Part shown: piece by piece, positions 27,590 through 42,106 of the stretch
How positions within the stretch are numbered: position 1 is the stretch's first letter
How the letters are laid out: every line of letters begins with the position of its first letter
Source: Eledone cirrhosa
Taxonomy: Eukaryota
NCBI GenBank assembly: GCA_964016885.1
Contig: OZ024742.1
Span: 321,222,001-321,286,000, forward strand
Direction of reading: 5' to 3'
Length of the DNA stretch: 64,000 nucleotides
Notes under the pieces: generated by a model
Told to the model about the DNA's origin: nothing
The model's input: the letters and a program-made list of their open reading frames with translations, nothing else
Database searches by the model: none
Position numbers and translations under genes: made by a program

Positions 27590-28191
27590 AATACAATTAT
27601 AAATATGTAGGGTAGTACTAAGTACTAGCCGGTTACTGGTATGACAAAAGGCTCAATGCAAATTTTCAAGTGTTTTACAGAGCTGAGATACGAAGTGTTA
27701 AAACGATCAAATTTTAGTTTAGAACTAATTGTTTCTTCTGACAATTGTTTCTTCTAGGGGGAAGTCTGACATCATCGGAGCATACGGAATGTCGAAACAT
27801 GTGACTAAAATCCTAATCATTCAGAACATTTAGGGTACATAATTGTTGTTAGTGTCATAGACATCATGTGGAGAGTCAGGAGTTAACAAGGTGTTATGCT
27901 TGAGAGAACACAATTACAGGTAGCACTGGTTGAAAGTGTAAGAGGTATAAGCAAAAAGTACATCATATAACTTTTTTGCCTGTACTTTTTGCTTATCTTT
28001 TTAACTCCTGACTCTCCACATGATGCCTATGACACTAACAACAATTATGTATCCTAAATGTTCTGAATGACTAGGATTTTAGTCACATGTTTCGACGTTC
28101 CCTATGCTCCGATGATTCCAGACTTCCCTCTGGAAGAAACAATTGTCAGCAAATAAATGTTCTAAACTAAAATTTGATCGTTTTAACACTT
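27590..28191. mobile_element. Head-to-head HHR element: tail ~27590-27692, diverged arms ~27693-27890 and ~28000-28191
   Basis: Inverted homology with scattered mismatches; tail hairpin at 27651-27683. Confidence 0.8.
28105..28151 (+). ncRNA. Hammerhead-like motif (core CCGAUGA)
   Basis: UGCU-CCGAUGA-UUCCAGA(CUUCCC)UCUGGAA-GAAA-CAAUUG-UC^AGCA. Confidence 0.7.
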
Positions 28192-28475
28192 TGTGTGTGT
28201 ATATATATATATATAATTATGAAACGAAGTACATCGAATGGAATGGACACAGCTACAATCGTTTCTCACTCACTCAATAATCTAATTAGGTTAGTATTAT
28301 TAAAATACAAACCTAAACCGATTACGGTGTACAGTTATACGTTAATCAGTGATGAAAACGACTTCATGTAGGTAGCAAATTGGTGTTACTCGGAGCGATC
28401 CAACAGTTTCAACGTTTCCGATCTACTGGCGGTTCTTTGAATGGAACCACCGTGTGGAGAAATTAGGTAATGTTA

Positions 28476-28517
<42 letters not shown>

Positions 28518-28525
28518 ATACATAC

Positions 28526-28683
28526 ATGGATACACTGGAAGAGGAAGACCAAGGTTAACGTATGTTGATGCCCTAAGGACAGACACTGGTCTGTTGGAGA
28601 CACAAGACATGGCAGCGATAATGAGGGACAGAGACCGCTGGAGAGAACTCGTCCATGGATCTCGGGAATTTTACCCTCTCTAG
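28526..28683 (+). mobile_element. 3'-terminal fragment of the RTE LINE family at 32509-33984
   Basis: High identity to 33826-33984. Confidence 0.9.
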
Positions 28684-28705
28684 AAATATACCCCCCCCCC
28701 CCACC

Positions 28706-28760
<55 letters not shown>

Positions 28761-28769
28761 AATAATAAT

Positions 28770-29970
28770 AAATATGAAGACTAAAATCCAAAGAAGGCTC
28801 GATAAGGATAAATATATATCAAATATATAAGAACCATAGAGCAAATATTTATTAAAATAACAGATTAAAGTTTAAGCAAACAATCACTGCTTTCACCCTA
28901 ACTGGATCTTCTGAAACTAAAAAAATCAATCTGTGAACGCAGAAGTAAATATTTCGAAAAAGCTAAGTATATTTTATGTTTATACCATTACTTATTTGTA
29001 TAGGTAAGTATACCTGGCCCGTACGTTTTGTGGAGGTACGTATACTTTCTCGTACGTATATATGCTTGTATTTGTTATAGGTGTATATATTATATATATT
29101 GCTATGTGTGTATATGGTTATGTGTATATGTGTGTTTCGTTTTTGTGTGTGGATGTGTGGATGCGTGTTTGCACGTATGTTCGGTGGGTATATGTGTACA
29201 TTGAGTTTTGGTATATGTATGTTTTGTGAACATTTGTTTTTACCTGTAGGTATGTGTGTGTGTGCGTTATATACATTTACATAATTATATGTATACACAC
29301 ACACACACATATTCTATATGTGTATTTGGTGTATACGTTCGTATGTGTGCGCGTGTTTATGTGTACGTGCATCTACTTGCATGCATGGCATGTATTTTCG
29401 CGTATGCACGTGATTGTACGTATTTAGATATGTGTATGTATATATTTTATTATTATTACTTTAATACGGTCCTTGCCATTCTGAGTTCAAATCCCGCCGA
29501 GGTTAACTTTGCCTTTCATCCTTATGGGGTCGATAAAATAAAGTACCAGTAATGCACTGGGTATTTGTTGGCCTTGTGCCAATAGTAGAAACAATTATTA
29601 CTTTAATAACCTCTGTCATTTACGTTCTATTCTTATTTACTTTATTCTTAACTCCCAAGCCAAGAATCATTCGGTTTCCTAAATAGAATATTAGTGTATG
29701 ACTCCATTTATACCATAAACGTAGTTTTGTCTTTGCGTGTAATTGTTCTATACGCTCCACATAACGACATATTATCCTCGCTTTTCTTCCGTTCATTGCC
29801 AGGGAACGTCTTCACGAACCAAAGTATCGTCTTCCTGTTTTCCTTCGGTTGCAACGTTTTTCGAAATATTTACTTCTGCGTTCACAGATTGATTTTTTTT
29901 AGTTTCAGAAGATTCCGTTAAGGGTGAAAGCAGCGATTCTTTGCTTAAACTTTAATGTTATTTTAATAAA
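28770..29970. mobile_element. Head-to-head PLE-like element (tail 28770-28845; arms ~28846-28960 and ~29860-29970) with a nested SINE
   Basis: Inverted homology; further copies at 34061-34340 and 35513-35568; HHR-like CAGAAGA-UUCC(GUUAA)GGGU-GAAA. Confidence 0.65.
29477..29600 (+). mobile_element. SINE
   Basis: B-box, core and tail. Confidence 0.85.
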
Positions 29971-30022
29971 TATATATCTATACATATATATAAAACTGTT
30001 GTTGTTGTTGTTGTTGTTGTTG

Positions 30023-30086
<64 letters not shown>

Positions 30087-30342
30087 GTCCTCATTTTTGC
30101 AAATCTATACAAATCCACATTTCTACTCCGATTGGCTTCAAACTTGCATTTATATATTCCTTGCGTTCTATAGATACTAACTGCCGCTTTTATTTTTCAA
30201 TTTTCTGTTGTTAAAGTGGTGTTAGGCGCCGGTTATCGATATCCGTCGAGCCCTTATAATATCTGTCTGTATGTCTGGCTGTCTGCATAACGACATTCTG
30301 ACGAACACGTCATTGCTGACGTATTATCTTCGCTACATTGAT

Positions 30343-30377
<35 letters not shown>

Positions 30378-30434
30378 CATATATACTTATAAATACATAT
30401 ATATATACACATATATACATATACACACATATAT

Positions 30435-30485
<51 letters not shown>

Positions 30486-30597
30486 AACACATATACATAT
30501 ATATATATATATACATATATACATATATATAAATATACACATAAAAATATATGTATACACACACACATTATATATATATATATATACATGCATACAT

Positions 30598-30682
<85 letters not shown>

Positions 30683-30707
30683 GTATAAAATCAATACAAT
30701 ATTATTA

Positions 30708-30777
30708 CCTCATTACCAGAGGTTTCCCGAATGAGGCGAATACGAAATAAACGACTTCATTCGTTCGTCAGACGAGG
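30708..30777 (-). ncRNA. Hammerhead ribozyme (mirror of 32279-32348)
   Basis: Reverse complement of 32279-32348. Confidence 0.75.
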
Positions 30778-31879
30778 CAATATAAAACATGGGCAAATAC
30801 TTAGAAAAGCACATCAAGAAAATAAAAAAAATATATATAGATAAATGAAATAGAAATTGAAATATATAAAAATCTATCAAGGAAAATAGTTAGGTGTGTG
30901 TATGTGTATGTATATACGCTCACAGATATGCATATATGTATGTAAATGTATAGTTAGAAAGTGTGCGTAATTATAAAAATTTAGGGCAAGTGTATCTATA
31001 TGTCTGTATTATACAGACAGAAATGGTTACATTAAATATAAGAATATAAAGTCGCGCGCATAAAAACGCCTGGATACTCGTACACTTAGATGCGGACAGA
31101 AAGGAGGTAAAGAGTGTATAATAATTAAAAGAAAAGTATCGGTCTTGATATATTTATAAAAATATAGTAACGATAAATTAGAAAGAAAAGATAGAAAGAA
31201 AAAAATTAAAGAAAAAAAAAAAAAAAAAGGGGGGGGGGGGGATTACATACATACACAGACACGCGTGTCTCACAAAAGAAATGTAAAAATAATTATGCTT
31301 ATATACACTCGCGCAATTGCACTTCCATACGTTCGATACGTACATACACACACACACACACACATACTTATACTAGCGCATATAAACCTATTTGCATGCC
31401 CACGTATGAAACTGAGTAAGTAACAAAAGAGGGAAGGGGGGGGGAGAAGAAAAAAGGAACAAAAACATAAAAACGAAATGTCAAAAACACGGATATAAAG
31501 ACAACTACACATACGCATAATATATACATACATTAAGGCGTTCAGCCATATTGAAATGTGGATAAATAAGTACAAGTATAAAATTGTAAGATAGGCTGCG
31601 CAAAAATAAGATAAAAATAAAAATGAAAAATATATCTGGATTGAAAAACACAAAAGACAAGTATAATCAGTTAGTGGAGGAAAAGGGAAGTAAAAGAAGG
31701 GGAAGTAAAAAATAGAAAATAGGAAGTGGATCGGAGAATAAAGGGGGGGGGGGGGTTGAAGTAAAAATAAATAAAAGTGAAAATAAATGAAATTATTGAC
31801 AAGGATAAGAATGAAAGTAAGTCAGAAAGGGTAATTAAAAAGAGAATAATAAGAGTTTATGGAGGATAAGTATCTGAAA

Positions 31880-32257
31880 GTGTGTTAAGTTTATATGAGC
31901 TGGAAAGCAGGTGTGATTTCATGTGTGGGCAACTGGTAAAATGTTCGTCTTTGTGTTCAGGCAGGTCTTTGGTGATTTAAGATTTTGCAATATCCAAAAT
32001 TTTTCATTTATGCAGAGCGTGCATTTTCTTGTTCCTCTAGTATATTTTTTAGATTGGTTCAAAATTGACCAATCTAGTTTATATTGGATGCCTTGGTCTT
32101 TCAAATCCCAGATTCTGCTAGCCAGAGCTGTTGTAAATCTTTTTTCTGGATGTCGAAAGGATGCGACATGTGAGTAATAACGCGTTTTGAATCTGTCTTG
32201 CGTCATACCCACATATCGTTCACTGGTGACTGGATGGTTGTTGCTGATGGTTGTCAC
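31880..32257 (-). pseudogene. PLE GIY-YIG endonuclease C-terminal fragment (frameshift near the end)
   Basis: RYVGMT..RFKTRYYSH...TTALASRIWDLK...CTLCINEK...LNTK, then TSCPH in a shifted frame, paralleling TACKH of 11732-12157. Confidence 0.9.
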
Positions 32258-32278
32258 ATTTGCCCATGTTTTATATTG

Positions 32279-32348
32279 CCTCGTCTGACGAACGAATGAA
32301 GTCGTTTATTTCGTATTCGCCTCATTCGGGAAACCTCTGGTAATGAGG
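32279..32348 (+). ncRNA. Hammerhead ribozyme
   Basis: CCUCGU-CUGACGA-A-CGAAUGA...UCAUUCG-G-GAAA-CC(UCU)GG-UA^AUGAGG. Confidence 0.8.
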
Positions 32349-32451
32349 TAATAATATTGTATTGATTTTATACATTAAATTTTGCTCTGATACTGACATA
32401 GAGCACTCTTCATTTCTATGACCTTTTCTGTTTCTAACTGAAATTTCAATA

Positions 32452-32505
<54 letters not shown>

Positions 32506-32508
32506 TAT

Positions 32509-33982
32509 ATCAAGGAGGGCAAGGCTCATGGAGAGGATGGAGTGGCATCAGAGGTGATGAAGAGGTGTGATTTTGATGATATCATCCTGGGGTTCTGTAA
32601 CGGGGCACTGGAGAAAGGAGTTGCCCCGAATCAGTGGAGGATCAGTAACATCGTCCCAGTGCCAAAGAAGGGAGATCTCTCTAACACCAACAACTACCGG
32701 GGGGTCTCACTGACGTCACTTGTGGCAAAGACCCTCAACAGGATGATTCTTAACAGGATCCAGCCTGAGATGGAGAAGAAGCTCAGGGACAACCAGAACG
32801 GCTTCAGAGAGGGTAGATCAACCACCAGTCACATCCTGATGCTGAGGAGGATATTAGAGGGAGCTAGAGCAAAGTGCCTTCCTGCGGTCATGGTTTTCAT
32901 TGACTTTAGGAAGGCCTTTGATTCTGTGGACCGTTACTGCCTGATGAAGATCTTACAGGCTTATGGAATCCCCAAGAGGATAGTGGACCTGATACCACTG
33001 CTCTACACCAACACCAAAGCCCAAGTCATTACACCTGATGGGATGACAGAGTTCTTTGAGATACTGGCTGGAGTGCTCCAGGGAGATACATTGGCTCCCT
33101 ACCTTTTTATCATCGTAGTGGACTATTGTATGCGCCTTGCACTGGAGAAATACCAGGACACTGGCTTTACTGTGGCACCGGCTCAGAGCAGGAGAGTTGG
33201 GGCGAAAAAGGTATCGGATGCTGAATTTGCCGACGACATAGTTTTGGTGACAAATACAGTGAAGGAGGCAGAGGATTTGATGCGGGAGGTTGAGACTGTG
33301 TCGATGAGTGTGGGGCTGAGAATGAATGAGACTAAAACAAAATATCTGGTGGAGAATGTTGAGAAGCCAGAGGGGATCACTAATGTAGGCGGGAAGCCGC
33401 TGGAATTGGTTGAGGACTTCCTGTATTTGGGAGCAAAGATTGGGAATACGGAAGATGATGTGGTTGGGAGGAAGAGCAAGGCCTGGGCGGCGTGTCACAG
33501 CTTGAGATCGGTGTGGAAGTCGGACCTTCGTAGAGACCTGAAAATCCGCCTCTTCATTGCTGTAGTGGAGTCTGTGCTGCTGTATGGGTCTGAGACTTGG
33601 ACACTGACCAAGAGACTCACTCAGATGGTGGATGGGTGCTACACGAGAATGCTGAGGATGGCTCTGAACATTAATCAGTATACACTGAGGATGAAAAACT
33701 CAGAGCTGTATGGGAGCATCCCAAAAGTCAGCTCAAAAGTGACACAGAGGAGACTGAGGTTGGCTGGACATGCTCACCGACATCCAGAGTTGACATTGCA
33801 CTCAGTGCTCCTTTGGGAGCCCCTACATGGACACACTAGAAGAGGAAGACCAAGGTTAACATATGTTGATGCCCTAAGGACAGACACTGGTCTGTTGGAG
33901 ATGCAGGATATGGCAGCGATAATGAGGGACAGAGACCGCTGGAGAGAACTCGTCCATGGATCTCGGGAATTTTACCCGCCTT

Positions 33983-33984
<2 letters not shown>
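32509..33984 (+). mobile_element. 5'-truncated RTE-clade LINE with an open RT ORF (32542-33984, 480 aa)
   Basis: KA.G.DG, NYRGVSL, QNGFR..RST, FIDFRKAFDSV, GVLQGD.LAP.LF, FADD, LLYGSETW, RRLRLAGH, GRPRLTY; stop codon abuts (AT)n. Confidence 0.95.
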
Positions 33985-34064
<80 letters not shown>

Positions 34065-34363
34065 TAAAATAACAGATTAAAGTTTAAGCAAAGAATCGCT
34101 GCTTTCACCCTTAACGGGATCTTCTGAAACTAACAAAGGCAATCTGTAAACGCAGAACTGGATATTTCAAAAAACGTTGCAACCGGAGGAAGATAGGAAG
34201 ACGATATTTTGGTTCGTGGTAACGTTCGCTGGCAAAGAACGGGAAAAACGAATAATACGTCATTAATAGGAGCGGTGAAAAACAATTACGCGCAAAGACA
34301 TAACCACGTTTATGGTATAAAAGAGGTCGTAGACTAATGTCCCCTTAGGTGGTGCATAGAGAC

Positions 34364-34397
<34 letters not shown>

Positions 34398-34402
34398 ATC
34401 TA

Positions 34403-34448
<46 letters not shown>

Positions 34449-35152
34449 GATACATTGTAGGTCACTTTAACCCGTCTTTTATTATTCAAAAAACTTCTTG
34501 CCAATAAACATTAACCCTTTGTGCGCCATTCATCTAACTGTAGACCAACAAATACCAAGTAAACGGAGCGTTGATAAGAACGATGGCGAATGAATCTTCG
34601 AGGTAAACAGTTTCCTTCCGAGCTGTTAGTTCACGCGGGATTTTCTGCTACACCTTTTCGTAATAATACCGAACAACGTACTGCCGGTCACTCCTTCCAC
34701 CAAAAGCCGTACAAAGCTGACATGTACATCGGGTAGATGGATCGGGTGCAAATCTACACCAGGCCTACGCGAGAAATTCGCATGGGACTGCACTGAGAGG
34801 GATAGAGAGAAAGAGTAACTTAGTGGAAAGAGTGCAAATGAACGTTTGAGGTAAGTAGCCTACGCCTTACTGCTATGGCACTGGAACCTTCTGCCAACTT
34901 CACCTGTGACTTTCTCTTTCACATTTACTCCAATAGGCCAAAACAGAGGAGTATGAAAAGAAGGGGCTCAACAATATTTCTATGAACAATGCACGTAGAC
35001 AGCTAAACTGTACTTTCAATTTTCTCCAAATAAAACAAGTTTCCTGTCGGTATATTTTCGTGAATTTTTAACAGGCACTCACAAATAAACGTTCCTCATT
35101 GGAGGTGCTATTACCAATGTTCTTACCCGTGCAACGCCGGGATACACTGCTA

Positions 35153-35215
<63 letters not shown>

Positions 35216-35258
35216 TATAGAGACATATTTATACAATAAGTGTCTTACATATACATTA

Positions 35259-35450
35259 TAATTGTTTCTACTTTTGGCACAAGGCCAGCAATTACCCAGT
35301 GCATTACTGGTACTTTATTTTATCGACCCCGTAAGGATGAAAGGCAAAGTTAACTTTGGCGGGATTTGAATTCAGATCATAAAGGGGCGTAACTCTGTGC
35401 TGCAAAGCAATAGCAACCGATCCTCTACCGATACTGCCAATCCAACGTCC
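35259..35450 (-). mobile_element. Full-length SINE
   Basis: Reverse complement of the family consensus. Confidence 0.9.
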
Positions 35451-35752
35451 ATTATAATGTAATATAATACATATATAATATATATATTTATATATGTTTA
35501 TATATATATATATTTATTAAAATAACAGATTAAAGTTTAAGCAAAGAATCGCTGCTTTCACCCTTAACTTATTGTATATATATGTATAAATATGTCTCTC
35601 TCTCTAGTATATATATATTTGTGTGTGTGTGAGTAGCAGTCAATTTGGGTTCCGATTGACCGAAATAAATTAATCATATTTTACCCCCGTAATTGAATAC
35701 TATACACGCACACATACACACACATAGTTACACATATGTATATATATATATT

Positions 35753-35814
<62 letters not shown>

Positions 35815-35897
35815 TTTATATATATGCGAGTGTATGTGTGCGAGTGTATGTTTGCATTATAATATATATATGTAATATATATATAATATATATAAGG

Positions 35898-36070
35898 GCA
35901 GGGGATTGGCAGTCGGACGCCATGCTTTCCAGCATAGTTACGTCCCTTTATGGTCTGAGTTCAAATCCTGCCGAGGTTAACTTTGCCTTTCATCCTTACA
36001 GGGTCGATAAAATAAAGTACCAGTAATGCACTGGTTAATTGCTGGCCTTGCGCCAAAAGTAGAAACAATT
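35898..36070 (+). mobile_element. SINE
   Basis: B-box, core and tail. Confidence 0.9.
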
Positions 36071-36579
36071 ATAATATATATATGTGGATATAAGTATAAA
36101 GAGATGGAAAGGGATGTTCTGTATTGAGTTGCTGTGGCCCAACTATCAGTATCAGTATTTAATCTCCTGATTATTTAGCCTCATCTATGTATCTTAGACT
36201 AGGTCTACTATGATTTCTCATACTCCTGCCCAGCTGTGGGTGAAAAGAATATTAGACTTATTAACTGAGTTTTCTTCATTCTTTAGTCGGCCCCAGACTA
36301 GTAGATTTATTATACCACCAATATCTCTACCATGCTATCTAGGTGAGAATAGTGTTTTGTAATCTTGTAACCGAGTTTTCTTCATGTTTGCCTTCTTTCC
36401 TTTGGCCCATAACACCTGGTGGAATCAAATGGGCTCCGTAGTGACATACAGTGTTTCTTGGGCATTTTCTAAACCTTGTGATGGCCATCTCGTCTCCAGG
36501 TCTGAACATGGCAAATTTCTTCTGCATATTGAGAGAAAGAGACAGTGACAGAGAAGAAGTAAGAAAGAGATATAGAGGA

Positions 36580-36852
36580 AGAATCGACCCCAGTACTAGA
36601 CAGGCACACTATTTATCGGAGCCCATCCCTCCCCAGGACTGAGTACAGCAGATTTCTTCCAGAGAAAGATAAAAAGTGAGAGAGAGGAAAGGGATATAGA
36701 GGAAGAATCCACCCCAGTATTAGATTGGTACTCTATTTATCGACCTTGAAAGGATGAAAGGCAAAGTTGACCTCGGTGGGATTTGAACTTAAAGTGTAGC
36801 AAGCTACTCAACACTCTATCCGACGTTCTAACGGCTCTGCTAATTCGCTGCC
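36580..36852 (-). mobile_element. Older SINE copies
   Basis: Core GGATGAAAGGCAAAGTTGACCTCGG..GGATTTGAAC. Confidence 0.7.
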
Positions 36853-37359
36853 TTCGTTGTTTAGTCGGGTTCAAACTCGTTTGTTCCTTGTTTTTTCTTT
36901 TATTTTGAGAAGAAATTTTTTTAAAGATCTCAAGTAACTTATTTTAGAACATTTTATATATACTCTATTTTCTAAATTTGAAGGTACATAATAGAAAATT
37001 TAGGGACTATATCATCTGCGCCCCCCCCCCCCCCCCCCCCCCCCCCCCACACACACACATGCTTTCTTGGCGAGGGGCCTGCCATGGTAGCCAACTTAGA
37101 AACTGAGTTTTTTTTTATTTTTCATTCTATAGAAATGTCCAAACCAACAGAGATTTTATTATACCAGTATCTCTCAAATGTTAATCAGTTGTGAGGAGAG
37201 TATTTGTCTTAGTAATTGAATCTTGTTCGGGCTTCAGAAGTAGCCAAACCAGTAGAGGTTTCATTGCTTCAGTCTCCCTTGCATACTACACACCGTGCCT
37301 TTCTCTACTTTCCATGGCACCAATATATTTTCCAGACTAAGAAGAATTATTTTTCCTTA

Positions 37360-37612
37360 TAATAATGGTTTCTACTTTTTTGGCACAAACCAGCAATTTG
37401 AAGGGTGAGGCGATTAAATCGACCCCAGTGCATTACTGGAACTTTATCTTATTGACCTCGTAAAGATGAAAGGCAAAGCTAACCTCGGCGGGATTTGAAC
37501 TCAGAACGTAAAAGGCCGTAACTTTACTTTCAGTGTTCAAATCCCGCCGAGGTTAGCTTTGCCTTTCATCTTTACGAGGTCAATAAAATAAAGTACCAGT
37601 AATACACTGGGA
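37360..37612. mobile_element. SINE (minus) with a local inverted partial duplicate (37535-37612 plus)
   Basis: Both halves share private variants TTGACCTCGTAAAGATG and GCTAACC. Confidence 0.85.
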
Positions 37613-37724
37613 TGGTATTCCTCACATTGCCATTACAGATGATGTCTAATTGATCTGTTTCATGCATCTTTTTTACCTCTTTGTGATATAACTTCCATGC
37701 ATCCGATGTACGCAATAAGCTGAA

Positions 37725-37912
37725 TAATAATTGTTTCTACTTTTGGCACAAGGCCAGCAATTATCCCAGTGTATTACTGGTACTTTATTTTATCGACCCC
37801 GTAAAAGGCAAAGTTAACCTCGGCGGGATTTGAACTCAGACCATAAAGGGCCGTAACTCATTTCTGCAAAGCAAGGCGTCCGACCCTCTACCGATACTGC
37901 CAATCCACCGCT
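37725..37912 (-). mobile_element. Full-length SINE
   Basis: Matches the family, with a small internal deletion. Confidence 0.9.
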
Positions 37913-38731
37913 CTTTAAAATATACGTGGTTGAGTATTATAGATATATCTGCCCTTGACCTAATTCCTAAGCCGACTGAGCGTGACAAAATATCTGATAA
38001 GATTCATTATTTACATATCATGATCTTTCATACTGTATCCGTGTACAAAATTTCACTCACAAGGCTAACGTCAACTCTCCCCGTCCACTTTGGGGTGGGT
38101 GAGCGATGTCTTCTCTTGTGAAAATGGGTATAGCTTTCAGTATGTAAAAACTCTCCATTTTGTCTCATTTCTCCCCGTTTTGGGACACTTTTTTCATGGT
38201 ACTCCCGGTTTGGGGTTTTAGAGATTGGCAGGTCTGCTGTAGTAAATACACTTTCCCAAGATGCAATGTTGTGGAATCAAATCCAGAGGCTTGTGAGTGC
38301 GAAGCGAGCATCTTAACCAGTCAGCCATATATCTGTGTCCACAAAAATATAAAGTCTTTTATGAAACAATAATTAACTGACTGTAATTTAAAGTACTGAC
38401 GTGACAAAAATTCATATAGTGAAGTGTGGGGGTGGCTAACAAACTTTATGCAACAAACCAAAAACTGTTTAGTCATGAATATAAAAATAAAATAATAAAG
38501 CATAATATCAGACCATCCCCCATCCTTTCAACACACACACACACACACACACGCATACATATGCACACATATATGCACTCATATATGCACACCTGGATGA
38601 AAGGCAGAAATAAGAAGGGCAAGTGTACTTTGTTAAACTGGTAGCTTAATAGATGTAGTGGGGCGTGTAGACTCATCGTGTTTAGCGACACACAGACATC
38701 TTAATAACATCAAACGTTCCGGCGACAAATC

Positions 38732-39020
38732 GTGGTTGTTGTTGTTGTGGAAGTAATTTTGGTGGTGTCGGTGGTGGTGATGGTACTGGTAGTGGTAGTG
38801 GTGGTGGTGGAAGCGATAGTAGTGTTGGTTTTGGCGGTGGTGGTGGTGGCGATAGTGGTAGTAGTGGTGGTAGTGGTGGTGGTGGTGGTGGTGGCGATAG
38901 TGGCGGTGGTGGTGGCGATAGTTTCAGCGGCGGCGGCGATACTGGTGGTGATAATTATAGAAGTGGTGGTTGCACTGATGTAATGTAGTGGTAGTGGTGC
39001 TGGTCGTCGTCGTAGGTGTT
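38732..39020. repeat. Degenerate (GGT/GTA)n trinucleotide tract
   Basis: Direct reading. Confidence 0.85.
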
Positions 39021-39373
39021 GTTAATGTTTAGTCAAAGGTCAGCCCTGATCGAGCATATTTATAATTTCAAGTGGTGTGTATCTGTACCGGATCTCTGTG
39101 CTCTGAATTCAAATCCCACCGAAGTTAACTTGACCTTTCGCCCTTTCGGGGTTTCTTAAAATATCTACCAACCAAGAGGTGTAGATTGGTGGAAATGTTT
39201 GGCCGTCTTACCGCATCTTTTGAGGTATTTGTTCGGGCACGTTAGGTGCACGATGGCCACGATGGAGGTGTTAGAGTTCATCCATCGCCCAGTGAAACAC
39301 CGCCAACACCTTGATCCCAGCCGGTGAAACTTTTAAGTAACCATCATCCTAAATTATACAAACACCCACATGT

Positions 39374-39456
<83 letters not shown>

Positions 39457-39678
39457 AAAGAATAGAGGTGTAACACACGAGTTATGATATATTGGTAAAA
39501 GGAAAAGAAAATGCTGACAAATTGTTCCCAGTGAAAAATATAAGAAGGGATATTTAATTTGTTGGTAATTCAACAAATATATATGTTTATAACTGATTCG
39601 AAGCACTCGACAATTTTTCTGGAGTATAATATCAATGATATTAAATAAATGGAAACTATATTTATAAACCCATATTTA

Positions 39679-39735
39679 TTCTATTATATATATTTCAAGG
39701 GTACCAAAACTTTGGTACGCTCTCATCAGATAAAA
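39679..39735 (-). ncRNA. Hammerhead ribozyme
   Basis: UUUUAU-CUGAUGA-GAG.GUACCAAA(GU)UUUGGUAC.CUU-GAAA-UAUAUA-UA^AUAGAA. Confidence 0.8.
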
Positions 39736-39880
39736 TACAAAGTTTGTTTTATAAATATTGACATAACCAGGAAGAAGATCTTAACGGTTCAAGTTTCTCC
39801 TTCTCGGATATGTCAATATTTATAAAACAAACTTTGTATTTTATGACTGCCAATACTGGAATTGAACCATCAAGACCGTA

Positions 39881-39937
39881 TTTTATCTGACGAGGACGTA
39901 CTGAAAAACAGCACAGTACCTTCGAAATATATGTAAT
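39881..39937 (+). ncRNA. Hammerhead ribozyme
   Basis: AU-CUGACGA-GGA.GUACUG(loop)CAGUAC.UUC-GAAA-UAUAUG-UA^AU. Confidence 0.7.
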
Positions 39938-40041
39938 TTCTGAATAATATTAATAACTCCAGAAAACTTTACTGTAGAGTACTTTTAATCTATTGTAAAA
40001 CTATATTCATTGAGTAATCAATGAACCATATTAATCTTTGG

Positions 40042-40168
<127 letters not shown>

Positions 40169-40430
40169 TTTGAATGGATACAGTTTAGTTGAAAGGAATT
40201 TATTGACACGTGTTTCTATAACAGTTACATAACCTGAAAACAGCTGCTATCTACAAAGTTTTAGTTATGCAGACATTCAATATTTCAATGTTATTATTTA
40301 CTGTCATTTCATCAGAATAATATATATATATTGTTAAATAATATATATATATTGTTAAACTTTGGGAGGGTCAAGCTGCCAATAAACAAATCTCGCACAA
40401 CAAATTCGAAAACGAAGTATATATATATAT

Positions 40431-40540
40431 AATTATGTAATAAACAACGTCAGACAATTATTCCATTTACCAAAAGTTTCACGAAGACAGGCGAGCTCAA
40501 CAGAGGCGTCTGAAATCGATAATCAGAATGAAAATTTAAA
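40431..40540 (-). mobile_element. HHR-bearing repeat, homologous to 20598-20692
   Basis: The two decayed copies combine to UUCAUU-CUGAUGA-GCGA...UCGU-GAAAC...UA^AAUGGA. Confidence 0.55.
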
Positions 40541-40614
40541 TTCGCCAAAAAGATCGATCTAACGCAATACAAATACAAATATATACACACACACGTACGG
40601 ACGCACATATTCTA

Positions 40615-40731
<117 letters not shown>

Positions 40732-40752
40732 ATATATATATATAATATATAT

Positions 40753-40786
<34 letters not shown>

Positions 40787-40931
40787 ATATATATATATAT
40801 AATATATATATATATAATATATATATATATAATATATATATATATAATATATATATATAATATATATATATAATATATATATATATATAATATATATAAA
40901 TATATATAATATATATATATATATAATATAT

Positions 40932-41812
<881 letters not shown>

Positions 41813-42014
41813 TGTTCTGTTATTAATTCTGGCAATATTACACAAATATGACCCTCCCTAAGTATAACAATATTTGTTTCGACACACGATTTCATATAAA
41901 AATCCTCGCAAAACTAATATATATATATATATATATATATATAGTGCAAATTTATACGGGAATAAAACAGAGAGGCACACAAGTAAAGGTTTATTAGGTT
42001 CACGCTTTTGAGAG

Positions 42015-42106
<92 letters not shown>

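Larger units (their letters stand above)
30681..32453 (-). mobile_element. 5'-truncated Neptune-type PLE (family B) with a short tail-bearing inverted arm 32258-32453
   Basis: GIY-YIG remnant; 30681-30798 is the reverse complement of 32258-32375; TA flanks. Confidence 0.9.
29977..35153 (+). mobile_element. Probable non-autonomous Helitron (5' part ~29977-30252, 3' part ~34450-35153) interrupted by nested insertions
   Basis: A|TCTATACATATATATAAAA start followed by a (GTT)n(GT)n microsatellite; 3' hairpin CCCGTGCAACGCCGGG (35126-35141) then CTAG|T. Confidence 0.55.

Noticed and set aside
30298-30330. CTGACGA with ACGTCA/TGACGT stem
   Set aside because: GAAA is absent; at best a dead HHR. Similar degenerate candidates at ~15385, ~18570, ~40200, ~46070, ~53135 and ~59895 were not called
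36160-37720. Decayed RTE-like peptide traces (RPSLRYID, YWFGY) on the minus strand
   Set aside because: Too many stops and too short to delimit confidently
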